NCBI GenBank assembly: GCA_963811145.1
Contig: CAWEQC010000004.1
Location: 79,752 to 143,751, forward strand
From: an uncultured Chloroflexia bacterium
GTDB lineage: Bacteria > Chloroflexota > Limnocylindria > QHBO01
Reading direction: 5' to 3'
Length of the DNA: 64,000 nucleotides
The number at the start of each line of letters is the position of its first letter. Positions within the stretch are counted from its first letter, which is position 1. This document shows, piece by piece, positions 17,854 to 27,912 of the stretch. The translations under genes and the position numbers were made by a program. Below the pieces are notes generated by a model. That model was not told the origin of the DNA. It ran no database searches and was given only the letters and a program-made list of their open reading frames with translations.

Positions 17854-19018
17854 CGGTCGCTCCTTCTTTCGATGCATGCTGATCGGCGGCTGCATGCTGA
17901 GCCGGGTCACGGATGACGAACGTGTGCTGCGGCTTCCAGGTGAGCCTCACCCGCTGGCCATCTCCGAGGACCTCGCCGGCGCCGCTCGTCTCGATGTTCT
18001 GGGCGTAGACGGTCAACTTGTGGCCGTCCTTCGTCTCGATGATGTACTGGGTGCTCACGCCGATGTAGGACGCGTCGAACACGACGCCCTCGATCGCGTT
18101 GGTGTCGGCCGATGCGGCCTCGGTGTGGCCGTCGGCCATCGGCAGGACCCGAAGCTTCTCGGGACGTACGCCGATCCGCACGTGGGCCCCACCATTCACT
18201 CCCGCCGATGGGGCCCGCAGCATCGTGCCGTCCGCCAGGCGCAGGTCGGCGAATGGTTCGCTCCGGCCGGTGACCTCCGCGTCGAGCAGGTTGCTGACGC
18301 CCAGGAACCCGGCCACGAACTCGGTCTGTGGGCGCTCGTAGAGCTCTTCCGGGGCCCCCAGCTGCTCGATCTTCCCCTGCCGCATGACGGCGATGCGATC
18401 GGACATCGTCATCGCCTCCTCCTGATCGTGCGTCACGAAGATGAAGGTGATGCCGATCTCGCTCTGGATTCCCTTGAGCTCGACCTGCATCTGCTTGCGC
18501 AGCTTGAGGTCGAGCGCACCGAGGGGCTCGTCGAGCAGGAGCACACGTGGATGGTTGATCAGGGCCCGCGCCAGTGCCACCCGCTGCTGCTGGCCACCGG
18601 AGAGCTGCGTCGGCTTGCGCTCCTCGTAGCCGGGCAGCTCGACCAGCTTGAGCAGTGCGGCAACCTGGCCGCGGATCTCTCCGTTCGGCACCTTTCGGCG
18701 CCGAAGGCCGAACGCGACGTTCTCGAAGACCGACAGGTGGGGGAACAGGGCGTAGTTCTGGAAGACGGTGTTCGTGTCGCGCTTGAAGGGCGGCAGGTTC
18801 GTCACGTCCTGGTCGCCGAGGTAGACCGTGCCAGAGGTCACCTCCTCGAAGCCACCGATCATGCGGAGCGTCGTGGTCTTGCCACAGCCGGATGGGCCGA
18901 GGAGGGAGAAGAACTCGCCCTGCTCGATCTCGAGGGACAGGTCGTCGACGGCCGTGAAGTCGGCGAAGCGCTTCGTGACGTGATCGAGTCGAACGTCGGT
19001 GACGGGACTGTCGGGCAC
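17846..19018 (-). CDS. potA: Spermidine/putrescine ABC transporter ATP-binding protein (PotA-like)
   Basis: Walker [10 protein letters not shown], signature [15 protein letters not shown], Walker B LLLDEP, and a C-terminal TOBE-like domain. The start is probably GTG 19018 or TTG 19024. ATG 19081 would swallow the predicted promoter. Confidence 0.85.
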   Translation of the reverse strand: MPDSPVTDVRLDHVTKRFADFTAVDDLSLEIEQGEFFSLLGPSGCGKTTTLRMIGGFEEVTSGTVYLGDQDVTNLPPFKRDTNTVFQNYALFPHLSVFENVAFGLRRRKVPNGEIRGQVAALLKLVELPGYEERKPTQLSGGQQQRVALARALINHPRVLLLDEPLGALDLKLRKQMQVELKGIQSEIGITFIFVTHDQEEAMTMSDRIAVMRQGKIEQLGAPEELYERPQTEFVAGFLGVSNLLDAEVTGRSEPFADLRLADGTMLRAPSAGVNGGAHVRIGVRPEKLRVLPMADGHTEAASADTNAIEGVVFDASYIGVSTQYIIETKDGHKLTVYAQNIETSGAGEVLGDGQRVRLTWKPQHTFVIRDPAQHAAADQHASKEGATDE

Positions 19019-19050
19019 GCGCAACCTTGTCGCATTGCAGTAAGGAGCGG

Positions 19051-19081
19051 AGTATAGATTTCGCCGCCTCGCGCCTGTCAA
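19051..19081 (-). promoter_or_regulatory. Candidate promoter of the pot operon (TTGACA - 19 nt - TATACT)
   Basis: The minus strand reads cTTGACAggcgcgaggcggcgaaatcTATACTccgc, about 30 nt upstream of the GTG at 19018. Both hexamers are near-consensus but the spacer is 19 nt. Confidence 0.35.
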
Positions 19082-19320
19082 GAAAGTCCGCGGCGATGTG
19101 CAACGTCATGGGTCGGTCGCGCGTCATACCGGCATTGCAACGCTCTCCTGCCGTGTGGGGGTACCCGAACCGATGGCCAAGCTCAATCATCAGAAGCGGC
19201 ATCGACCGCGCCCCGTCACCACGCGCATCCGGCGCGTGAACCTGCAACGGGCGGACGAGCGGCGCAGCCGGCGCGAAGTCGAGCGGTGGCGCCGCAGCTG
19301 ATCTTGTCCGATCTCCAATC

Positions 19321-19354
19321 AACGACCCGACCCGAACCATTCGGTCGGGTCGTT
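19321..19354. other. Strong hairpin/inverted repeat in the divergent potA-acd intergenic region
   Basis: aacgacccgacccgaa-cca-ttcggtcgggtcgtt: 15 bp of stem with one bulged C and a 3-nt loop. Confidence 0.6.
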
Positions 19355-19416
19355 CGCTTGTACACTCGCCCACGTCCCGAGCTCACCGAATCACACGCAG
19401 TGGAGCGCACGCCCCA

Positions 19417-20568
19417 ATGGACTTCGCCCTCTCGTCGCAGCACGAGGAGATCCGCCGCACCGTTCGTGAGTTCGCCGAGAGGCGGATCGCTCCGGAGGCC
19501 GATGAGATGGAGCGGAAGGGCGAGTTCCCGATGGAGATCGTTCGCGAGGCCGCGGCACTCGGGCTGCTCGGGGTTCCGTACCCCGAGGAGATCGGCGGCA
19601 CCGGCCTCGACTCGCTGGCCTACGCGATCACGGTCGAGGAGCTGTCGCGCGTGTCCGGCAGCGTCGGGATCATCGTCAGCGCTCACACCAGCCTTGGCTG
19701 CAACCCGATCTGGATGGACGGCACCGATGAGCAGAAGGAGCGGTACCTGAGGCCGATGGCCTCGGGGGAGGTGATCGGCGCGTACGGCCTCACCGAGCCG
19801 GGAGCGGGGAGCGACTCGCGCGGCACGCGCACGCGCGCGCATCGCGATGGCGACGAATGGGTGATCAACGGCGGAAAGCGCTTCATCACCAACGCCGGGG
19901 TGGCCGGCACGTACATCGTTACGGCGGTCACGGACCGGGAGGAGGGCTCCGGCAAGATCAGCGCCTTCATCGTGGAGGCGGAGACGCCGGGCTTCAGCAT
20001 CGGGCGCATGGAGGAGAAGATGGGCCTCCACGCCAGCAACACCGGCGAGCTCATCTTCGAGGATTGTCGGATCCCGGCTGCCAACCTGCTCGGCGTCGAG
20101 GGCGAGGGCGACAAGCTCTTCCTGAGGACGCTCGATGGGGGACGGATCGGCATCGGCGCCATGGCGCTCGGGCTGGCGCAGGCGGCCTACGAGGCCGCAT
20201 CGGCCTACGCGAAGGAGCGTCGCCAGTTCGACCGGCCCATCGGCTCGTTCCAGGGAGTGGCCTTCAAGATCGCCGACATGGCGACCGAGATCGACGCCGC
20301 CCGCTTGATGGTCTACCGCGCGGCCTGGTTGAAGGACAGCCACAGGCCCTACTCCACTGAGTCGGCCATGGCCAAGCTCTTCGCGTCCGAAGTCGCATTC
20401 CGAGCGACCAACGCCGCCGTCCAGGTTCACGGGGGTTACGGCTACATCACCGAGTACCGCGTCGAGCGCTACCTGCGCGACGCCAAGCTGACCGAGATCG
20501 GCGAGGGCACCAGCGAGATCCAGCGCATGGTGATCGCGCGGAACCTTCTCGGCCTGCGCGCGATGTAG
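19417..20568 (+). CDS. Acyl-CoA dehydrogenase (short/branched-chain type)
   Basis: 383 aa. ...GAYGLTEPGAGSD..., ...RIGIGAMALG..., and C-terminal RDAKLTEIGEGTSEIQRMVIAR. Confidence 0.9.
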   Translation: MDFALSSQHEEIRRTVREFAERRIAPEADEMERKGEFPMEIVREAAALGLLGVPYPEEIGGTGLDSLAYAITVEELSRVSGSVGIIVSAHTSLGCNPIWMDGTDEQKERYLRPMASGEVIGAYGLTEPGAGSDSRGTRTRAHRDGDEWVINGGKRFITNAGVAGTYIVTAVTDREEGSGKISAFIVEAETPGFSIGRMEEKMGLHASNTGELIFEDCRIPAANLLGVEGEGDKLFLRTLDGGRIGIGAMALGLAQAAYEAASAYAKERRQFDRPIGSFQGVAFKIADMATEIDAARLMVYRAAWLKDSHRPYSTESAMAKLFASEVAFRATNAAVQVHGGYGYITEYRVERYLRDAKLTEIGEGTSEIQRMVIARNLLGLRAM

Positions 20569-20576
20569 GACGATCA

Positions 20577-22746
20577 GTGGCTGCGAGCGGAGGGCAACGC
20601 GGCCGCGAGGCGATCCTCGCCGCCTTCGTGCTCGTCGGCATGGCAGCCAGCCCCTTGCCCGTTGCCGCGGCCGACGACCCGACCGTGGCGCTGCCCGGCA
20701 CGACGGTGATGGCGATGACCGTCGACCTGGATGGGGACGGGGACCGGGAGATCGTTCGGGTCCTCCAGGAGGACAACCGCATCGACCACTCGATCGACGC
20801 CTGGCAGTTCGACGGTGCCACCTGGACGACGATCGGGTCCGAAGCGATGCCCAGGATCACCGAGAGTGAGGATGGTTCGGCCGTCGAGGCGCTCAATATC
20901 GCGGCTCTGCTGTCCTGGCGGGTCGCAGGTCGCGAACGGGTGCTGGTCATTGCCGCGGCAGCGCTGCGTGGTGATCTGAGCGGGACGACATGCTGCCTGG
21001 CGATCTCGGAGCTGGCGTCGTCATCGAATGGCGGCATCGACCTTCGGCCTCTGCAGTCGGTCAGCGGTGGTCCTCAGCTCGTGCAGGCCGTGGATGTCGA
21101 TGGGGACGGAGCCGATGACCTCGTGCTTCACGAAGGACACTACGGCGATCAGGAGGGCGAGGAGTCGGCGACGGTGAGGGTCCTGCGCTGGGCCGGGTCT
21201 CGATTCGAGCCCGCCTTCGAGATGACGGACCGCGAGCTCCTGTATGGCTTTTCGGCCGCGAATACCGACGGTGTCATCGGCGCCGACCTGCTGTTCGGCC
21301 CCGGCGGCGATGGGATAGTCCGGCGCCTGGCGTGGACCGACGGCACGATGCGCATGGACGAGGGCCACCTCGACCTCGGGGAGAATCCCGAAGGCTGGAT
21401 CGTGGGCGTGGCCGACGGCAAGATGGTCCTCTCCGTGCTCGAGGAGGTTCGCGTCGTGCGGTGGCCCCGCGATGGGGCGCCGACGACGGATGGCCGGCTC
21501 ACGACCCTGGAGTATCCGGGCATCTGGGTCATCGGTGACGGGTCGGACGCGCTCATCGCCGTCCAGAGCAACTACTCCTTCGCGGGAGGTCGACCCCCCA
21601 CGATGACACTCCACGACCTCGAGCTGCGGCCGCTCGGCGAGGTCGGCGTGAACCCCGCAACGGAGGCCTTCTGGGAGCTCGCGAACGGACAGATCCCGCG
21701 TTCGGGGACGGGCATCGAGCGCAACGTCTACCCGTACAACGGGCCAATCCCGGGCGGGCTGGGCGACGGCCTCCCGGCCTGGGTGGCGAGCGGCGTCCTG
21801 ATCAGGCCGGGGGGACCGGATGGCTACGAGTCCCGGCCGGTGGCCTCGCTGCTCGGCGTTCAGCCGATCGGCCTCGCCGGACCGAGCGATGGCTGGGTGG
21901 CGATGACCGATGGCTACAGCGGTTCACCTGGCGTCGCCTACCTGTATGCGGGAGAGATCCCGTTCGGTTGGGGCCGCATGGAAGTGACGCCGCTCGACGA
22001 GCTCCTGAAGCCGGACGATGAGGCGCCGGCTGCGTCACTCGAGCTGCTCGGTGCGGTCGAGATGGATGGCGAGGGTGGGTCGGCGACGCTCCTTGCCGAT
22101 GGAGACGGATTCCAGGTCGCGATCACCGCTCCTCCCGGCTCGACGGTGATCATCGTGAACGGCCGCCGTGTTGAAGAGCAAGTCGTGGACGATCAGCCGC
22201 TGCTCGTCGAGGTCCCGCAGCCGCAGAATCGGCTGGAGGACGTCGACCAGGAGCTCGAGGTGATGATCCTCATCATCTCGCCAGGCGGCCGAGGCACGGT
22301 CGCCGAGTGGACCGGCACGTTCGTACGCGAGCCGCCCGAGATCAGCGTCACCGCGACCACCGACCCGATGGCCCTCAGCGCGACCATCAGCGGCCAGCGC
22401 CAGCCCCTACAGCGTGGTGACTGCCAACGACCGGCCGATCGAAACCGATGCGGACGGTCGCTTCACCGCGACCATCGATGCGCCGATCTGGCCGAGCCAG
22501 GTGCTGGTCACGGCGCGCGACCCGCTCGGCAACCAGACGACGGAGCAGATCGAGGTGCTGGGGGTGATCGACTACCGGGGATTCCCATGGGCCGCGATCC
22601 TGATCGCCGCCACGCTGCTCGTCGGTGGGGTGCTGTTCGTCCGCACCCCGATGCGCCGAACGGTCGCACCGCCTGCCGACGGCGACGGGCGCCTCGAGGA
22701 GCTCGAGCTCGACGCGCTGGAAGGCTTCGAGCCTCGCGGGCGCTGA
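20577..22746 (+). pseudogene. Secreted, C-terminally membrane-anchored protein with DxDGDG (FG-GAP/VCBS-like) motifs; one frameshift
   Basis: GTG start, signal-like AILAAFVLVGMAASPLPVAAADD, and motifs VDLDGDGDREIV and VDVDGDGADDLV. The frame changes near 22392-22402. The tail (SVVTANDRPIETDADGRFTATIDAPIWPSQVLVTARDPLGNQ...WAAILIAATLLVGGVLFVR...ELEELE) is in the frame of ORF 22414. Confidence 0.7.
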
Positions 22747-22819
22747 TCGGCTACGCTTGTCATCTCGATCGCCAGCCTTGCGATCGAGATTCGATTCGCA
22801 GACGAGGTACATCGATCCA

Positions 22820-23410
22820 ATGAGCAGCCGTATCGACGAACTCGACGCCATCGTGCGGCAGTTCGACCTCAACGAGCATCCGTTCTACCAGGACTGGCGC
22901 GCGGGCACCTTGCCGATCGAGCGACTGGCCGAATACGCGGATGAGTGGGCCCCCTTCATCTCGGTCCTCGACAAGGGCTGGGAGCGGATCGGCTTCCCCG
23001 CCTACGCCGCCGAGGAGCGCGAGCATGATGAGCTCTGGTCACGCTTCCGCGCCGCGCTCTACGCGACCGGGGAAATGGATCGGCCCCAGAGCCGGACCCT
23101 GCTGGCGGTTGGCGAGAACGCGTTCGCCTCGATCCCGGAGTCGCTCGGGGCGCTGTACAGCTTCGAGGTCCAGCAGCCGACGACAGCGTCGAGCAAGCTT
23201 GCCGGGCTCCGCGAGCATTACGCCGGTACCGTCGGCGCCGAAGCACAGCAGTACTTCGTGGAGCACGCGGTCGAGACCGACGAGCCCGCGATGATCGCCG
23301 AGCTGGTCGAGGGCCTTTCGGATGCCGATTTCGCGCGCGCGAAGACGGCCTGCGCGGTCTTCAGCTCAGCGGCGTGGGGCGCCCTCGACGGGGTGTACTA
23401 CACCGACTAG
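22820..23410 (+). CDS. Heme-oxygenase-like fold protein (TenA/PqqC-like iron-containing redox enzyme family)
   Basis: ATG at 22820. ...LNEHPFYQDWRAGTLPIERLAEYADEWAPFI... and an all-helical composition. The family call is tentative. Confidence 0.65.
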   Translation: MSSRIDELDAIVRQFDLNEHPFYQDWRAGTLPIERLAEYADEWAPFISVLDKGWERIGFPAYAAEEREHDELWSRFRAALYATGEMDRPQSRTLLAVGENAFASIPESLGALYSFEVQQPTTASSKLAGLREHYAGTVGAEAQQYFVEHAVETDEPAMIAELVEGLSDADFARAKTACAVFSSAAWGALDGVYYTD

Positions 23411-23798
23411 CCGCGGCGGTTGCTGAACTCGACCGACCAGCGCCAGGCGGAGCCGTCCTCAGCGTTCCACCACGCCGTGAGGACGCCCGCCTCGCCGCCG
23501 GGCAGGATGACGATCGCGCCCGAGGTCGTCCGGCGCTGGCCAGCGGTCCTCGCGCGTCACCGACTCGCCATCGAGGGCGAATCGCGTCATCGGCAGGTAG
23601 GGGCCCGATCGTTCGAGCCCTTCGCCACGAGCCACCACGCGGTCGTCGCCCTGCCGCACCGTGACCGAGACCCTGCGCGGCACCGCGTGCGCCCAGGCGA
23701 CCTCGATCGGGTCGATCCGCGCCCGAGCGACGTAGAGCCCGGTGGCCGCCGCATCGGGATACCACAGCTCCCAGGTGTGAAGGTGCGTCCATGCTCAT
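23407..23798 (-). pseudogene. Small hypothetical protein, frameshifted (at least 2 shifts)
   Basis: The ATG at 23798 overlaps the upstream stop (ATGA). The protein-like frame is HLHTWELWYPDAAATGLYVARARIDPIEVAWAHAVPRRVSVTVRQGDDRVVARGEGL...WPAPDDLG, then it shifts to AIVILPGGEAGVLTAWWNAEDGSAWRWSVEFSNRRG-stop. No family recognised. Confidence 0.4.
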
Positions 23799-25766
23799 CG
23801 GTTGGCCTCCCGGCTGGCTGCGTGGGCGATGAATGCGTCGAGCGAGCTCGGGTCGGCGAGCGATTCGCGCGAGGCGGCGACCTCGGGCGGCGTGCCGCCG
23901 AGGATACGCTTGACCGGCACCTCCAGCTTCTTGCCGGACAGCGTGCGCGGGAATGCTCGGCACGGCCACGATCTCGTCGGGGACGTGGCGCGGCGACAGC
24001 GCCGTCCGCAGCTCGCTCGACGATCCGCGAACGCAGCGCGTCGTCGAGTGGCGCCTCGGGCGCCAGGGCAACGAACAGGAGCAGCCGGTCGTCCGCGTCG
24101 AGATGGACGACGAGGGAGTCCACGATCTCGGGATCGCCTTCCACGACCGCGTAGAACTCGGCGGTCCCGATCCGCACGCCGCCTCGATTCAGGGTGGCAT
24201 CCGAGCGGCCGCTGATGACGCACGACCCTCGCTCGGTGAAGGTGACCCAGTCGCCGTGGCGCCAGACGCCCGGAAAGTCCTCGAAGTACGCCGCCCGGTA
24301 GCGCTCGCCGCCGGGGTCGTTCCAGAACGAGACCGGCATCGACGGCATCGGCGCGGTGATCACCAGCTCGCCCTCCTCGCCCACCAATGGCTCGCCGGAC
24401 GGCGAGTACGCCTCGACGGCGCAGCCGAGGTGGCGGCACGACAGCTCGCCCTCCCAGACCGGCACGAGCGGCGACGCACCCAGGAAGGCGGTGCATACGT
24501 CGGTGCCGCCCGAGACGCTCTGGAGCTGCGCGGCCGGCGCAATGGCCTCGTAGACGTAGCGGAAGCCGGCGGCCGGCAGCGGGGCGCCGGTGGACCCGAT
24601 CGCCCGGATGCGCGAGAGGTCGGCCTCGGCTGACGGTCGGATGCCCGCCTTGCGGCAGGCCATCAGGTAGGGAGCGCTGGTGCCGAAGTAGCTGACCTCC
24701 TCCTCGTCCGCGAGCCGCCACAGCGCACCGAGGTCGGGATGCGCCGGAGAGCCGTCGTACAGGACGATGGTCGAGTCCACCAGCAGCCCGGACACCAGGT
24801 AGTTCCACATCATCCAGCCGGTGGTGCTGAACCAGAAGAACCGATCGGCCGGCCCGAGGTCGTGGTGCAGCGCGTGGATCTTGAGATGCTCGAGCAGGAT
24901 CCCGCCGTGGCCGTGGACGATCGGCTTCGGCAGGCCCGGTGGTGCCCGAGCTGTAGAGCACGAAGAGGGGATGGTCGAACGGGACCTGCTCGAATGCCAG
25001 CTCTCCCGGCTCGGCGACCAGCTCCGCCCAGGTCAGCGCGTCGGCCACCGCTTCGGCCGACGGGCGGAGATAGGGCAGCACGACGGTCGCCGCCAGGCTC
25101 GGGAGCGCGGCGCGGATGGCCGCCACCTCGTCGGCTCGGTCGACCGCCCGGTCGCCGTACCGGTAGCCGTCGATCGTCAGAAGCACCTTCGGCTCGATCT
25201 GGCTGAACCGATCGACCACGCTCCGCGTGCCGAACTCGGGCGCGCAGCTCGACCAGATCGCACCCAGCGAGGCGGTGGCGAGCAGCGCGACCACCGCCTC
25301 GGGCACGTTCGGCAGGTAGGCCGCGACCCGATCGCCGGGACCCACGCCCAGCCGGACGAGGCCGGCCCTGCGCCCGCGCGACCGCCTCACGCAGCTCGTC
25401 CGCCGTCAGCGTCACCCGATCGCGCGTCTGCGACCGCGCAATCACGACCGTGTCGTCGCCTTCGCGCTGCGCGAGTCGCAGGCAGTGCTCCGCCCAGTTC
25501 AGCCGCGCGTCGGGGAACCAGCGAGCACCGGGCATCCGGGCATCCGCCAGCGCGGCGCCCGGATCGGTCGACGAAGCGAACGTCGAAGTGATCCCAGACC
25601 GATGACCAGAACCCGGACAAGGTCATCGATCGACCAGCGCAGGAGGTCGTCATAGCCCGTCGAATGACAGGCCGCGCTCCTGCTCGAGCCAGGAGAGGTA
25701 CGCGCCGATGCGGCTCCGCTCGCGCACGTCGGGCGGTGGCGTCCACAACACGCTCCCCATGGCCAT
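23795..25766 (-). pseudogene. Acetoacetyl-CoA synthetase (AMP-forming acyl-CoA synthetase) broken by at least 7 frameshifts
   Basis: Consecutive family segments fall in alternating frames: MAMGSVLWTPPPDVRERSRIGAYLSWLEQ / YDDLLRWSIDDL / FWSSVWDHFDVRF / MPGARWFPDARLNWAEHCL / AAYLPNVPEAVVALLATASLGAIWSSCAPEFG...LYSSGTTG / LPKPIVHGHGG...SGRSDATLNRGGVRIGTAE / LSPRHVPDEIVAVPSIP / RTLSGKKLEVPVKRIL. One example: accgggCctgccgaag carries one extra nt inside the SSGTTGLPK motif. Confidence 0.8.
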
Positions 25767-25793
25767 CTGCCGATGATGCCAGAGCGAGCAGGT

Positions 25794-27912
25794 ATGCTCA
25801 CTCGACCGATGCTCCTGCCTGCCGCCCTCCTGGCCCTCCTCCTGGTGGCGCCGGTCGCGGGGCCCGCGCAGGCGACCGCCATCGCCGCGGTCCCCGACGA
25901 GCCGGGCGTGGTGATCCTGCCCGACGCCGCGATCCTGCAGACCGTGGTGGCCGACGTCGACGCGGACGGACGGCGCGAGGTGGTCCGCCTGGTGCTCGGG
26001 GCGGGCGATGCCGTCCTGGCCGAGGTCTGGGGACTGGATGCAGACGGCTGGCGGCTCCGCGGCGAGCCGGTCGAGGTCGTGCCGCCATCGCGCGTCGGGA
26101 CTGCGCATCGACCGTGTCTACCAGTCGACCCCGGTGCGGCTCCTCGTCCGCCGCGTCGACGGCGTCGAGCGCGTCACCGTCGCCAGCCAGCCACACTTCG
26201 AGGAGATCGACGTCGGGCGAGCCGTGCTGCCTCATCCTCCACGACCTCGCGATCGCGGATGGATCGGCGCTTCGGCGCCCGGTGTCCGGCCCGAGCGACT
26301 TCGCGGACGTCGATCATCGTCATCGACCTCGACGGCGATGGCACCGACGAGCTCCTCTCGACCCAGTCGCTGCCGCCGGCGGGCGACATCGGCTTCCCGA
26401 TCCAGGCGCGCGTCCACCGATGGGAGGACGGCGCGTTCGGTCGCGCCCGCCGAGACGCGGCTGCCGGTCGGATCGGGCGACTCGCCATTCCGGCTCGGTG
26501 ACAGCGACGGTGTCCCGGGCGACGAGGCGGCGATCATCTCCACGCTGGGACCGTCGGGGATCTTCCGAATCCGCCTCGCGCAGGGCGATGCGCTCGAGCT
26601 TGACGCCGGTGGCGTCGTGGCCGACCAGGCCGTCGCCGTGCCGCTCGATGACCGGACGCGGCCTGGCGCTCGTCGGTCCGGTGACCGGACTGATGGTTGC
26701 CACGCTGGCCGGCGGGCGGGGCGGTGTCGGAGCCCATGGCAGCGTCGGTCGTGACGGCGGCCAGGATCGTGGGGACGGTGGCGGTCGAGGAGCCGGACCT
26801 GGCTCGTCGTCCATCAACCGTCGACCGATGCGGTCCACCTGCTCGGCATGCCCGGGCTCTGAGCCGCAGGACGTCTCCATCAGGCGCAGCCCGGCCTCGG
26901 CCGCACTTTCCGGCACGCCCGCTGAGGCCGTACAGCGGCCTGCTGCCGGGGGGTGGGGTCGACGGCGAGCCGGTGGTCGTCCACGCCGGACGGCTCATCC
27001 CGTCGCTCCCAGGTCTCGACGATGGGACGGGCACCTCGCTGATGGCCACCCTCGGCGGCGCCGAGGCGGTCGGCCTGGTCGGCGACGAGCTGATCGTGCT
27101 CCAGCACGGGCCATTCGGGCGGCCGCAGCCCGGCCGTGACGGCGGAGCACTCGTGGTGCCGCCGGTGCTGGACCGGGCGTGGACGAGCGTCGCGCCGCTC
27201 GAGACGACCCTGCAGGCCGAACGATGGTGCCTCGAGCCGCCACTGCGCGGGCTGCTCCGCCTCGACGAACCGGGCAGAATCGCCGTCGGTCCCGGCGGGT
27301 TCGTGGCGGAGGTGGCCGCGCCTCCGGGCTCGCGGGTCGCGATCACCGACTTCGACCCTCGGCGGTTCGGCCGCCCATCGTCGTGCCGGCCGGCGGCCGG
27401 ATCGACGTGCCGTTCGTTCCTCCGACGGACGCGGCCCCGAACCCGCCATACGAGGTCGGCCTGGTGGTCATGACGCCGGCCGGCCATGCCCAGCCTGCCA
27501 GCTGGGAGGTGGAGGTCATGACCGAGCCGCCGCGCGGTCGAGCTGACGGTGCGGACGCCGTTCGGCTCGAGCGCGGTCGAGATCGGCGGGCGGACCGCTC
27601 CGTTCGCCACCGTGCGCGTCGGCGGTTCGCCGGTCGAGGTGACGCCTGCGGGCCGGTTCGTCACGGCGCTCGACATGCCGCCGTGGCCGACCGAGGTGTC
27701 GGTCGAGGTGAGCGACGGGCTCGGCAACGTGGCTCGCCAGACCGTCGAGCGGAATCGGCCTGTTCGACTATCGCGCCCTGCCGTGGGTGCTGATCACGGT
27801 CGCGCTGGTGGCGATGGCCGGCGTCGCCCTCCTGCTCCGCGTGCCGAGGTCGGTCCCGCTTCCGCGCCGCGCCGACGACGACGCCGAGCTCGAGGAGCTC
27901 GAACCGGACTGA
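25794..27912 (+). pseudogene. Paralog of the 20577-22746 DxDGDG membrane-anchored protein, broken by at least 10 frameshifts
   Basis: Signal peptide MLTRPMLLPAALLALLLVAPVAGPAQA, then VADVDADGRREVV and VIDLDGDGTDELL. Later segments (YSGLLPGGGVDGEPVVV..., IVVPAGGRIDVPFVPP..., TVRTPFGSSAVEIGGRTAPFATVRVGGSPVEVTPAGRFVTALDMPPWPTEVSVEVSDGLGN, GLFDYRALPWVLITVALVAMAGVALLLR...ELEELEPD-stop) hop among all three frames. Confidence 0.65.

Noticed and set aside
25650-26108. 152-aa minus ORF spanning the divergent region between the acetoacetyl-CoA synthetase gene and the DxDGDG paralog.
   Set aside because: Only its last ~38 aa (MAMGSVLWTPPPDVRERSRIGAYLSWLEQ...) are real, forming the N-terminus of the synthetase. 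The rest is antisense to the paralog's signal-peptide region.
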